DNA from: Malacoraja senta
Lineage: Eukaryota
Reading direction: 5' to 3'
Assembly (NCBI GenBank): GCA_038087875.1
Contig: CM075992.1
Location: 9,302,001 to 9,366,000 of the forward strand
DNA: 64,000 nucleotides
Position 1 is the first letter of the stretch; each line of letters begins with the position of its first letter. Below, one piece after another: positions 1 to 11,364 of the stretch. The notes beneath the pieces were generated by a model. It was not told the origin of the DNA, made no database searches, and saw only the letters and a program-made list of their open reading frames with translations. A program made the position numbers and the translations under genes.

Positions 1-592
1 AGGAGTAGCAACTTCCCTACAACCATCAGGCTATTAAACATTACAAGCTCTGAACTAAACAGAAAATATGTGCAGGATTAGGCCATTCGGCCCTCCATTC
101 AATATGATCACAGCTGATCATCCAAAATCAGTACTACATAGACTTGTTTACATATCTCTTGTGCTGCTACAATTAAGAATTTCATTATTCCTTTTCGGGA
201 CATATGACAATAAAGCACTGTTGACTGATATCCCTGGGATACCAAATCACATCCAGAATTGGCTAGAAATGATTCCAATATTAAGAGAAGTAACACTGGC
301 TGGAAAAGGCAAGTTCCTTTCTCAAGTGCTGAGCATTCTCCAGCTCTGGGGAGAAGGCAGGCATGGGTTATTGATAGGGGACGGTCAGCCATGATCACAA
401 TGAATGGCGGTGCTGGCTCGAAGGGCCGAATGGCCTCCTCCTGCACCTATTTTCTATGTTTCTATGTTTTCTATGTTTCAACCGACATCATTACAACCGA
501 CCATAAGCACCCACTCTTTTCGTAGTTAAATTGATCTGAATTATCAGTGAAATTATTTGGTGGCCTTGTGATGCTTTCAGCTCAAAACTTAC

Positions 593-721
593 CCCATTTC
601 CAGGAATATCTGTCGGAATTCAGTTCGAACTTTCATCAAGGGGTGGAGGTGTCCACACTCTGGAATGATGCCCAGGGCATCAAAGTTGTATGGCTTGAAC
701 TTTCTCTCTTGCCATGAGCCA
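593..721 (-). CDS. FARSA: FARSA coding exon 6 ([43 protein letters not shown]); gene continues beyond window start
   Basis: 129 nt, CAG/GTAAG sites, [17 protein letters not shown] class II aaRS motif-1 region. Confidence 0.96.
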
Positions 722-1598
722 CTGTGGACAAAGTTTACACAGATGCAGCTTTATGATCTCAGCACAGCTTCAGCGATCGTTACGAGTCACAACCAAGGAA
801 AGAAACTCATTTTGCTTATGGATCGAACCCGGTTCTCTTGCGCTGTAAGGCTGCGACTCTACCATTGCGGCAACTCTACTACTGCCCCAAATTAACACTC
901 TGTGCCCCCTTGGGAAAAGTCACTGCAATCATCCACTGACGTGCTCGTGTCTGCCTCTCGAATATGAAGTGGTTTCCATCAAGGCTCAAGAGTCAATACT
1001 TTTAGTTACATAAACCCACAGAAAACCTATCAAGTGAATGTGCCCGATTTATTTGGATTAAAAACTTGGATTGTTTTCTCTACAGCGTGGAGGCTGAGTG
1101 AGGACCTGGTAGAAGTATTTAAAATGATGAGAGGCATATATATATATATAGAGGGTAGAGAGTCAGAACCTTTTTCCCCAGGGTGGAAATGTTAAAGACT
1201 AGAGGGCATTGTTTTAAGGTCAGAGCGGGAAGTTTAAAGGAGACATGCGAGGCAAGCTCTCTGTTACAGGCAGGGTGGTGGGTGCCTGGAACACACCGAC
1301 AGGGGTGGTGGAGGAGGCAGATACGATAGTGACATTTCACAGACTTTAGGATAGGCATGAGTGGATAGGCAGGGGATGGAGGGAGATGGATCACGTGCAG
1401 ACAGAGGAGATTAGTTTAACTTGACAACATGTTTGGCAAGGACATTGTGGGCTGAAGGGCTTGTTCTTGTGCTGTTCTGTTCTATGTTCTACTTCAGGAC
1501 AAAAGGAGTGACAGAGAATGAAAGTGAAAAAGAAACTCTTCAAACTAAGGGTGCAGTATTTGCCAAGTGCGAGTTTTGTAACTGCTCAGTTGATCAGT

Positions 1599-1650
1599 GG
1601 GGTCAAGGAAAGAGCACTCACGTCGCGGCCCTGTTTCCACCAATCTTTCT
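1599..1650 (+). ncRNA. Degenerate copy of the family A minimal HDV-like ribozyme
   Basis: Same sequence as 46555-46606 except P3 GCA/CGC mismatch, L3 CUCACGU and a terminal P2 G-U. Confidence 0.65.
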
Positions 1651-1782
1651 ACCACCACGCACAAGAAGCGACAAGACAGACACCCATTGTATGCAGATGC
1701 CGAGAAGCAAAGATATCTTTGCCGAGAAGTGTGTTCAGCTCTGGCTGAACAACGTCTGATCTTGTGTGTGGACTCGATAAGA
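1599..1782 (+). mobile_element. Ribozyme-headed short retroposon, family A (second copy, in FARSA intron 5)
   Basis: TSD AGTTGATCAGT at 1588-1598 and 1783-1793; homologous to 46555-46719 with about 20 extra internal nt. Confidence 0.85.
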
Positions 1783-1893
1783 AGTTGATCAGTAGCCAAA
1801 ATGTGGAAACAATGATTGAATGATACATTATTGCCACATGTATCTAGGAACTGTGAAATGCTTTGTTTTCCTTACAACCCGGTAAAATCGTAT

Positions 1894-2105
1894 GTGTTGA
1901 AAGAACTGCAGATGCTGGTTTAAATCGAAGGTAGACACAAAATGCTGGAGTGACTCAGCGGGACAGGCAGCATCTCTGGAGAGAAGGAATGGGTGACGTT
2001 TCGGGTCGAGACCCTTCTTCAGACCTCACCGAAACGTCACCCATTCCTTCTCTCCAGAGAAGCTGCCTGTCCCGCTGAGTTACTCCAGCATTTTGTGTCT
2101 ACCTT
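1894..2105. mobile_element. Short Penelope-tail fold-back element with hammerhead motif (example; similar at 7064-7243, 34591-34720, 46248-46446, 48090-48315, 49680-49920, 50267-50379, 53478-53700, 59470-59655, 63815-64000)
   Basis: Inverted halves ACACAAAATGCTGGAG...GAAAC / GAAACG...CTCCAGCATTTTGTGT; 14-bp target duplication at 1880-1893 and 2106-2119. Confidence 0.8.
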
Positions 2106-2555
2106 CGGTAAAATCATATAGCAGACCTCACCTCGGCTGCCATCATCTGGCACCGACAAAGTTACAAAACAGGGAACTGCAGATGCTAGCTTAGAAAAAA
2201 AGACAAAGTGCTGCAGTAATTCGGCCGGTCAGGCATCATCCTGAAGAAGAGTCCGCCCCCCCCCCCCACCCCCACCCCCACCCCCCCAAAACTTCACCTA
2301 TCCATGTTCTCTAGGGACACTGCCTGACCCGCTGAGTTACTCCAGAGATTAGTGTCTCTTTTTGATCAGTCGCCATGCTGGACTATGGCACAGCATGATC
2401 CCATGCTCAACGCAATGGCAGCATCAAGCTGTGCAGGTCTGTGCAACATTCCCGTCACAAGAAACTGAACCACTACTTTTCTTTGATCTGTACTGTCTAA
2501 TTTGGAATAGTCACGGAGAAGCGAGGCGGCTTACTTGACAGTTCTGAAATCTTAC

Positions 2556-2648
2556 TTGGCAATCATCTCAGGGGTGAGGTCAGTGTCCTGTTTCACCACT
2601 GTGGTGCTGAATGAACTTCCTTTAGTAATCCAGTAGGTCTTCAGAGTC
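2556..2648 (-). CDS. FARSA: FARSA coding exon 5 ([30 protein letters not shown])
   Basis: 93 nt, TAG/GTAAG splice sites, phase 2-2, peptide matches FARSA. Confidence 0.95.
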
Positions 2649-4011
2649 CTACAAAAAAGTGGAGTGACACAGTTAAAGCACTGAAGTGTGTGTGAATTCC
2701 CACAGAACAAGAGACAAACCCGAAACAAAAAAAACAGGACTTGCATTTCTACCGCACGTTCATGACTTGAAAGGTGTTTTATAGGCAATGAACTAGTTTA
2801 ACTTCAGTGGTGTAACAGTTTGTAGTGCTGATGTCTCGCAGTGCAGAGACCTGGGTTAGATTCTAACCTAGGGAGCTGTCTGTGTAGATTTTGCACATTC
2901 TCACCAAGACCATGCCTTTTCCTCCGATTTCCTACCACATCCCAAAGCCATACGGGTATGTAGGTTAATTAGCCTCTGCAAATTGTCATTAATGTGTAGG
3001 GAGTGGATGAGAAAGTTGGATAACGTGGAACTAGTGTGAACGATGGATGGTTGGTTTGGACTCAGTGGGCCGAAGGGTCCATTTCTATGCTGTATCTCTA
3101 AACTAAACATATTTATTCACATAAAATTCCCTTTAACCATATGACAATGAGCAGAAAATCGATTATGAAGTTTCTTAAAGAACTGATCGAAATACCAAGC
3201 AGAATCCCGTCAAACTCCAATGGTATGAACTCCCTCACCACACAGAGCGCAGTGACCTAAGAAGCCATCTTGTCCAGTGCAGCTGTGGAATGGCAATAAC
3301 CGCTGCCCCGCCGCTGATTCCTACATTCAGAGATTGAGAGCAGGATGGGAGGTCTGGGGTGTTGGGGTGGCGGTGTGGCAGGGTGAGGAAACCCTCTTCC
3401 ATTCCAAGTGAGATTCTCACGACCAGCTGCCCGCCCGGACAGGGTGAAAGGATATCGACCTTAAACGTTAACTCTGTTTCTCCTTACAAAGACACTACCT
3501 AACTAGCTAACTGTACAAACTTATCTTTAACCGCTAAAAATGTATTTTTGTTACTGTAAACTAATAGTACTAAATATTAGTACTAAATACTAAATAAACA
3601 CTGTTTCATAGAGTTAAGTTCAATCTAAGCAATGGCTTGTCAGTTTCAATGGCCTCTGCAGTGTAACTACCAGTGTATTCTTAGAGAGACAGTGCTGTTT
3701 GATTACAGTGGGTACACGCCATCTGCTATAACCAAAATCTGTTATTAGGACGTCCATAATAATGAGTAGCATTATCTGATTTCATTAATAAACCAACACC
3801 AAAGCACCCCGTGTGACTGGCATCTCAACATTCCTATTTAGTTTTGTTTGGAGAAACAGCTACGAGGAAAAAGGCCCTTCTGTCCACCCAGTCCACGCTG
3901 ACCATCGATCTCCCGTTCACACTAGTTCTATGTTATCCCACTTTCACGTCCACTCTTGATACATTATGGGTGATTTAAAAGAGGTCAATTAACCTGCAAA
4001 CTCGCATGACT

Positions 4012-5033
4012 TAGGTATGTTACAATACTTACCTTCAGCGGCGCTGCAATTCTGCCACTGGCCATGTGCGCGATTTTGGCGCCTTTGAGGGGGGGGGCGG
4101 GGTTAAAACGCGGGTTTCTCCTACCTTGTCCTGTATTATATTTCGTTGGAGTACCAGCTTTTGCGGAAGAATCGTTCCGAGCAGCGTTTTGAGTATTTTG
4201 TTTTAAAAATCTCTCGACAATTTCATCGCTGGAGTCATTTTAAAATCAGCTTCTGAAGCCGTCAACGCCGACAACGGGGACGGATTTCACGTACGGGAAA
4301 GGTAAACGAAAGCAGTTTATTTTAATGTATAAACGTTCTCCTTAAGAAGCCTTTAATTCACATTTTTACATGCAAAACGGTGATTCTTTTCCCCGAACTA
4401 ACAGTACGGGGTTAAATTCACCGCAAATCAACGTTCCAAATGATCGCGTTCCAGAAATCCCCATTCGCAAGATGATTTAAATGCCCATTAATTTGTAGGT
4501 ATTAAACATTAAATTTCTTCCATTTGGCCTATAAATCCATGACAATGAGATTAAAAAATTATGTTACATTGTGAATTCTTGTGTGAATGTTATTTGGACA
4601 CTTAGGCTATTTAAAAATGTTAATCTATTCTTAAGAAATTGATAGATGTTTAGATCTAGTAATTGAATTTTGTAATTAGCTACAATTAGGTACTAACTAA
4701 TTATATGCTTTAATTTCATGTCATCTAAGTAAGATTGTTTCATATTTGTTTCAGAATGCTTCAATCTATAATAACTGAAAATTACTTTTTCTCTTAATTT
4801 TTAAGAAAGTTATGGGCTTTTGTCTGTCCTCGATCACAGCTTTTGTGTTAAGTCAATGGAAAAGCAATAGGGAACAAGCTGCTAATTTCCGAGTATGAAA
4901 ATGGCCATAACCTTTTTAATACTGAAGATATGAAAGTGAATTAGGTGTCAAATTAAAGTTCTTTTTATGCTTTATCTGATGGGATAAATTACAGACTTTA
5001 TTTTTAAAATCTCAAAATTTTGTAACATTGCTA
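4012..5033. mobile_element. Non-autonomous DNA transposon, ~1.0 kb, TAG...CTA ends, 7-bp TSD (copy 1)
   Basis: Imperfect TIR TAGGTATGTTACAA / TTGTAACATTGCTA; TSD CATGACT at 4005-4011 and 5034-5040; interrupts a SINE. Confidence 0.85.
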
Positions 5034-5047
5034 CATGACTCTGGGAT

Positions 5048-5345
5048 AGTTTAGTTTGGTTATACAGCGCGGAAACGGGCCCTTTGGCCCACCAAGTCCA
5101 ACTGACCAGCGATCCCCACACATTAACACAATCCTACACACACTAGGGACAATTTTACATTTATACCAAGCCAATTAACCTATAAACCCGCACGTCTTTG
5201 GAGTGTGGGAGGAAACTGAAGATCTCGGAGAAAACCCACGCGACCGCGGGGAGAACGCACAAACTCCGTACAGACAGCACCCGTAGTCGGGATTGAATTC
5301 GGGTCTCTGGCGCTGTAAGGCAGCAACTCTACCGCTGCGCCACCG
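5048..5345 (-). mobile_element. tRNA-derived V-SINE (HE1-like); further copies at 6315-6607, 7689-8180, 27050-27345, 39425-39725, 42560-42780, 43655-43945, 44750-45305, 47340-47630, 53165-53453, 55515-55740, 62700-62980
   Basis: A/B boxes GGCGCAGCGGTAGAG and GTTC(G/A)ATCC, V-domain TGCGTGGGTTTTCTCCG, CR1-like tail ending in (TAAAC)n. Confidence 0.9.
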
Positions 5346-6617
5346 ATGTGGAATGTGGGAGGAAATTGGAGCACCTGGATGATTTAGTGGTTGAGAGAAA
5401 ATAGTTGTCATTGGCTCTATAAATTACTAAGTTATTATTCTGCTTGATTCATAGCTTCCTTGTACATGAGTGGTCTCGTGAGTCTGTAAATGAAACATTA
5501 TAAGGTAGTTCTATCATGCAAAACTCATTTATCATGTCAAAAAGCTTTGGTCATGCGAGAACTGTTTTAAATGTTCCGCATGCAACACACAAATATCCCC
5601 AAAGCCAACAAGCTCAGAATGGAAATTATCTAAGAGATTTTAAAAAAGCGTGGGTCAGATAATGCAGAGACAAGGAACTGCAGATGTTAGTTACCAAAGA
5701 AAGACACAATATGCTTGAGTAACTCAGCAGGTCAGGCAGAATCTCTGGAGAACATAGATAGACAATGTTTCGGGACCCTTCTTCAGAATAATTATGATAG
5801 AGTGGGAAGAGGGAAAGAAAGTTGGTAGAAAGGAGGGGCAGGACAAGGTCTGGTGAGTAATAGGTGGATTCAGGTGATGGGGTTGGTAGGCAGAGGGTAG
5901 AACAAGGTCCAGAGATGAGAAGACAAAAGGTGTGCGATAAGGATAGAAGAGGTGCAAATTGTGAAGCCTGTAGTAGGAATATGGGTGGCAGGGGAGGGGA
6001 AAGGGGAGAAATGGTTGTGAATACAGGAGAGGCACAGGACACACAAGGTAGGGGGAAAGAAGTAGGGAGGGGGGTTGCCTGTGGGTTAGTTACGGTCGTG
6101 AGAAGACAGCGTAGACGGTGATGAAACTATGATAAAAAATTCTCAGTATTGCATTAAAAAGATTGAAATTAATTTGAAAAAGAGGATATACACAATACAC
6201 AGATTCCGGCTTTATTCACAGAATATTCAGGCAGAGACCAACAAGCCTTTCAGATCACTGTACATTTTAATCCTGGTCTCTTGTTCATCTCTCGTTTAGG
6301 TCGTTGTGTCTTCTTTAGACTTTAGAGAAACAGCGTGGAAACACCCCCATCGGCCCACCGAGTCCACGCCGACCAGCGATCACCCCGCACACTAACACTA
6401 TCCTACACACTAGGGACAATTTACAATTTTACAGAAGCAAATTAATCTACAATATTGTATATCTTTGGAGCGTGGGAAGAAACTGGAGCACCCGGAGGAA
6501 ACCCATGTGTTCACAAACATAAAAAACTCCGTACAGACAGCACCCGTGGTCAGGATCGAACCCAGGTTTCTTGCGTGGTAAGGCAGCAACTCCATCGCTG
6601 CGCCACTCTATCATGCC

Positions 6618-6755
6618 TTAGCCTTAGATTGAGTTTACCACCCGCTTCGGGCTCCATTCATTCACAAGCAACCAGACTCCAAGAAGACTCCATCCGGACG
6701 AGCCAGGAGCCATTACCGGCCTCACACCGTCCACAGGCTAGGACTCAATCAGAAG
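6618..6755 (-). pseudogene. Degenerate 28S rRNA fragment (5' domain)
   Basis: TTAGCCTTAGATTGAGTTTACCACCCGCTT...TACCGGCCTCACACCGTCCAC is the reverse complement of a conserved 28S 5' segment, with many substitutions. Confidence 0.8.
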
Positions 6756-9125
6756 CCTTCTGTTGCACCCATGCTCCAGGGTTCTCTCCCTAATGCTCTC
6801 TCGTTCAAGGTACAAACTTTTAACTCCTTGTCAGGCTTGGCATAACATTTTGTTTAACAGGGACTCGTATGAAGCAACTTCCAACATTTTTCTGATTAAG
6901 GGCACCACATAACATCAACTGCTGAGACACAAGGGACATTAACTAACTTCTCTCAGTCTGTCTGGCACTGGGCAATGGCAACCAAATACATTGCAGACGC
7001 GAGTGGATGCAAATCAACAAATTGGAAATACTGGAAATCTGAACTAAATTAAGATCAGATGCTTAAGAAGGAACTGCAGATGCTGGAAAATCGAAGGAAG
7101 AACTGCAGATGCTGGAAAATCGAATGGTAGACAAAAGTTCTGGAGAAACTCAGCGGGTGCAGCAGCATCTATGGAGCGAAGGAATTCCTTCGCTCCATAG
7201 ATGCTGCTGCACCCGCTGAGTTTCTCCAGCACTTTTGTCTACCTAAGATCAGATGCTGCTAGGTGGGCTGTGCTTTTACTACAATGTCTGCTCTATGTCA
7301 GTTGATGCGCTTATTATCAGCCAGTAGGTAAGCAGTAATGTTAGGAGGAACAGTGAAGAGGCTGAACTCTCTCAATAAATCTATGTATGAAGTTTTGAAA
7401 GTTCCTAGGCCGATTAGAAAACGTAATGATTCAGAATGTGGCTGCCTTGAGTCCATTTTGCAGTCCCTGACGTCAGTATAGTTACATATCAAATCTTCTG
7501 CAGTTTCAGTGGACTGAAACCAGGTCGCTTTTGCAGAAGAATACACAGCACAGTGTGCACATACAGTGTACTGAGTGAACAGCTTCCACCACAATAAAAC
7601 ATTCCACTCACTCAACTGCCCATTGTGTTCATGTTAAGAGATTGGTAAGAATGCGGAACTCACACTCACAGGGAGTAGTCAAGACAAGGGCGGCACAGTG
7701 GTGCAGCGGTAGAGTTGCTGCCTTACAGCGCCAGAGACCTGGGTTCAATCCTGATGACTAAGGGTGCTGTCTGTATGGAGTTTGTACGTTCTCCCGTGAC
7801 CTGTGTGGGTTTTCCCCGGGAGCTCCTGTTTCCTCCCACACTCCAAAGATGTACAGGTTTGTCGGATAATTGGCTTGGTAACTGAGTAAGTAAGGAGTAA
7901 GGGCGGCAAGATGGTGCAGCGGTAGAGCTACTGCCTTACAGTGTCAAAGATCCAGGTTCCATCCAGGTGCTGTCTGTACAGTGTTTGCACATTCTTCCTG
8001 TAACCGCGTGGGTTCTCGCCGGGTGCTCCGGTTTCTTCCCACACTCCAAAGACGTACAGATTTGTAGATTAATTGGCTTGGTTAAAATTGTAACGTTTTA
8101 GTAAGCGGGGATCGCCTTGTGGCGCGGACTAGGCGGGCCAAAGGGCCCGTTTCCGCGCAGTTTCTCTAAACTAAACTAAAAACACAGATGCATTTCAAGT
8201 AAAAGGACCATTCAGCCACCATATCCAGGCCAAACAATGGGCACCCATGCATAATAATGCCATTTCTCAGCACTTGGCCTGTAACCTTCAACTCCTTGGT
8301 GATTCAACTGCTCAGCTAGGCTCTTAATAACAGAAATGATTCTGTTTCCACCACTCTCTTTAACATTGCATTCCATGTACTCACTACCCTCTGGATGAAA
8401 ACAATCCCATTCAGACCCCTTCTAAATCTCTTACTCCTCACCATAAATCTGCACCTTCTAGCTTTATCTTCCTCTGAAATGGGGAAAAGATTCCTGCAGG
8501 TTTGCCCTATCTGTACTCATAATTTTATACACCTCATCCGTGTCCTGCTAAGCTCCTGTACTCCAGAGAGGACCGATCTAGCCTCTCCAGTAGAAACAAG
8601 GAACTGCAGAAGCTGGTTTACAAAAGACAACACAAAGTGCTGGAGTAATTCATCAGGTCAGGCTGCATCTTCGGAGAACATTTCGGGTAACGTTTTGGGT
8701 CGGAACCCTTCTTCAGATTCCACTCACAATGACGAAGGGTCCCAACCAAAAATACCATCACAATCACAATACTTTATTAGCCAAGTGTGTTTTGCAACAT
8801 ACGAGGAATTTCATTTGCCAAGTCAAATAAAAATCAACGGAACACACAAAATACATTTTAACATAAACATCCACCACTGTGACTCCTCCACATTCCTCAC
8901 TGTGATGAAAGGCGGAAAAAAATTCAAATCTCTTCCCTTCTATCGATGTTCTCCGAAGATGTTGCCTGACCCACTGAGTTATTCCAGGACTTTGCATCTT
9001 CCCTAACCTCTCCAGTCTTTCCTCATCACTTGTACTCTTATCTATTCCCCTCATGATTTGGACCCACCAAGTTCCCCCAGCGGTTTGTACTTTGCTGAAG
9101 GAGAGAAAATGTTTGGAAGACTTAC

Positions 9126-9244
9126 ACTTCACTCAGCAGCTTCCTCTTTTTCAGTTCATTTTTTTCCTTGTCTTCCAAGGCGTTGTCCTTACCCTGCTGG
9201 ACCAGCAGCAGCTTGGCTTTGACCGAATCGTCAATACTATCCAT
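9126..9244 (-). CDS. FARSA: FARSA coding exon 4 (MDSIDDSVKAKLLLVQQGKDNALEDKEKNELKKRKLLSEV)
   Basis: 119 nt, CAG/GTAAG splice sites, ELKKRKLL motif, phase compatible with exons 3 and 5. Confidence 0.93.
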
Positions 9245-10949
9245 CTGTCAGGGAAAGGCCAGTTACACATGAGCATTGTTCTTTAGATGAGAACAAGTTT
9301 GGTTATTCAAATCTATTATTTTATATTTCCTGTGCCACAGCATCAGTAAAACAAAAAGTCAACAGCAGGGCAATTAGCATCTTTGAAAAGCCACTGAGTA
9401 AGGGCGACATGGCGGTGCAGCAGATAGAGCTGCTGCCGCACGGTGCCAGAGACCCAGGATCGATCCTGACCTCCGTTATCTGAGTATTCTCCCACATCCC
9501 AAAGATCCTCGGGTTTGTACATTAATTGGCCTCTGTAAATTGCCCCTAGTGTGCAGGGAGTGAATGAGAAAGTGGGATAACTTCGACCTAGGATGAACAG
9601 GGATGGTCAGTGTGGTCTCAGTCGGCCGAAGCGTCTGTTTCTATGCTGTATCTCCAAATTAAACAGCTGCAGTGAAAATAGATTAATGGTTATGTACAAT
9701 TATAGAAACATAGAAAATGGGTGCATGAGTAGGCTATTCGGCCCTTCGAGCCTGCACCGCCATTCAATATGATCATGGCTGATCATCCACAAGGGCCACA
9801 TCTAACTCCCTCTTAAATATAGCCAATGAACTGGCCTCAACTACCTTCTGTGGCAGAGAATTCCACAGATTCACCACTCTGTGTGAAAAATGTTTTTCTC
9901 ATCTTGGTCCTAAAAGACTTCCCCCTTATCCTTAAACTGTGACCCCTTGTTCTGGACTTCCCCAACATCGGGAACAATCTTCCTGCATCTAGCCTGTCCA
10001 ACCCCTTAAGAATTTTGTAAGTTTCTATAAGATCCCCCCTCAATCTTCTAAATTCTAGCGAGTACAAGCCGAGTCTATCCAGTCTTTCTCCATATGAAAG
10101 TCATTATTATTTAATTTAATTGAATCAAAATGTTATTTAGAAAGTAAATATGGAGAACTGGCAGACAGCATGGGATAGGAAACTCTGGCAGAGGTAATCA
10201 TGGATCGATTGTGGCTCGGAGAGCCCAATTGATTTTGTACTTTCAAACTATGTTGATTGACCCATTCTGAAGAAGGATCTCGACCTGAAACATCACCCAT
10301 TCCTTCTCTCTCCTGTTCCGCTGAGTTATTCCAGCATTTTGTGTCTATCTTCGACCCATTCAAGATTCTATGTTATCCAACTTTTGCTTCTCTGTGCAGT
10401 GGGTTTGAGGGAAAAGCTCTCACCTCCTGGTTTGGATCTTACTTGCCACTCACTCCACCTCCCCAGTCAAGTGGACAAATGTTGCCAAGCTCATTATTAA
10501 GCTACCTGCTGGGAAGACTCAAGATTCAACAGAGTTGGTACAACATCCCACCCAGCCTCTGGATAATATCTGTTCATGTTGAAATCCAGTCATCCCCTAG
10601 CTACCCAATGTAGACAAAAATACTGTAACTTGTGCAAGTGATAATAAACTTCATTCGACTTGAACTAGTCCAAGACAAAACTCTGTACATAATAGAAGAA
10701 AAGCTGAATTTGGGGCAAAGAGAAACAGAACAGGGGTCGATGGAAGCACGAAGCAGTTAATCAGCATTTGAAAAAAATCATAGTTAGGTTGGGGATAGAA
10801 ATTGCAGAGCAATTCATTGTTTGGTAGACAACCAGAAATATTTCCATGCCTCTCAGGAACATGCGTTGCCTGAATTGGAATCCGGTTTCTAAACAAAATG
10901 TTCCCAGAACTGACGGCACACACAAGGTGGAAGTTTGGTGTCCACTTAC

Positions 10950-11048
10950 AGCCTTGTAGGCCCGAGGTCCCCCCTCAGCAGTCTTGTCAATGCGGATCCA
11001 TTTATTAGACATGGCCTTGCTGAATCCCACTTTTCCACTTGGGAGGTT
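10950..11048 (-). CDS. FARSA: FARSA coding exon 3 ([33 protein letters not shown])
   Basis: 99 nt, AG acceptor and GTAAGT donor, [14 protein letters not shown] motif typical of FARSA. Confidence 0.95.
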
Positions 11049-11364
11049 CTGCTCAAAAGAAGGAAAAAATTATCATGGAAGCAGAGCTTAACACTTTGTA
11101 AACAACCATACTGAAAATGCATTTGCTGTAGATTAGTTTACTTTAGTTTAGAGCAGGGGTCGGCAACCTTGTTCTGCATAGGGGCCAGGACCCATGTCTG
11201 TGAGCGGATGGCGGGCCACATCTATTGCCATATGTTAATAAATGTAGGTAATTATACATACTAAATTAGTAATTAATACATAATAATACATAAATTAGTA
11301 ATAATACATACTAATAATACATACTAACTAGTGATGTTTTTCGCGTGTTTTTCAATTAGTTTTC

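Noticed and set aside
7689..7760. tRNA-like A/B box sequences (many copies)
   Set aside because: These are heads of V-SINEs followed by the V-domain and LINE tail, not tRNA genes.
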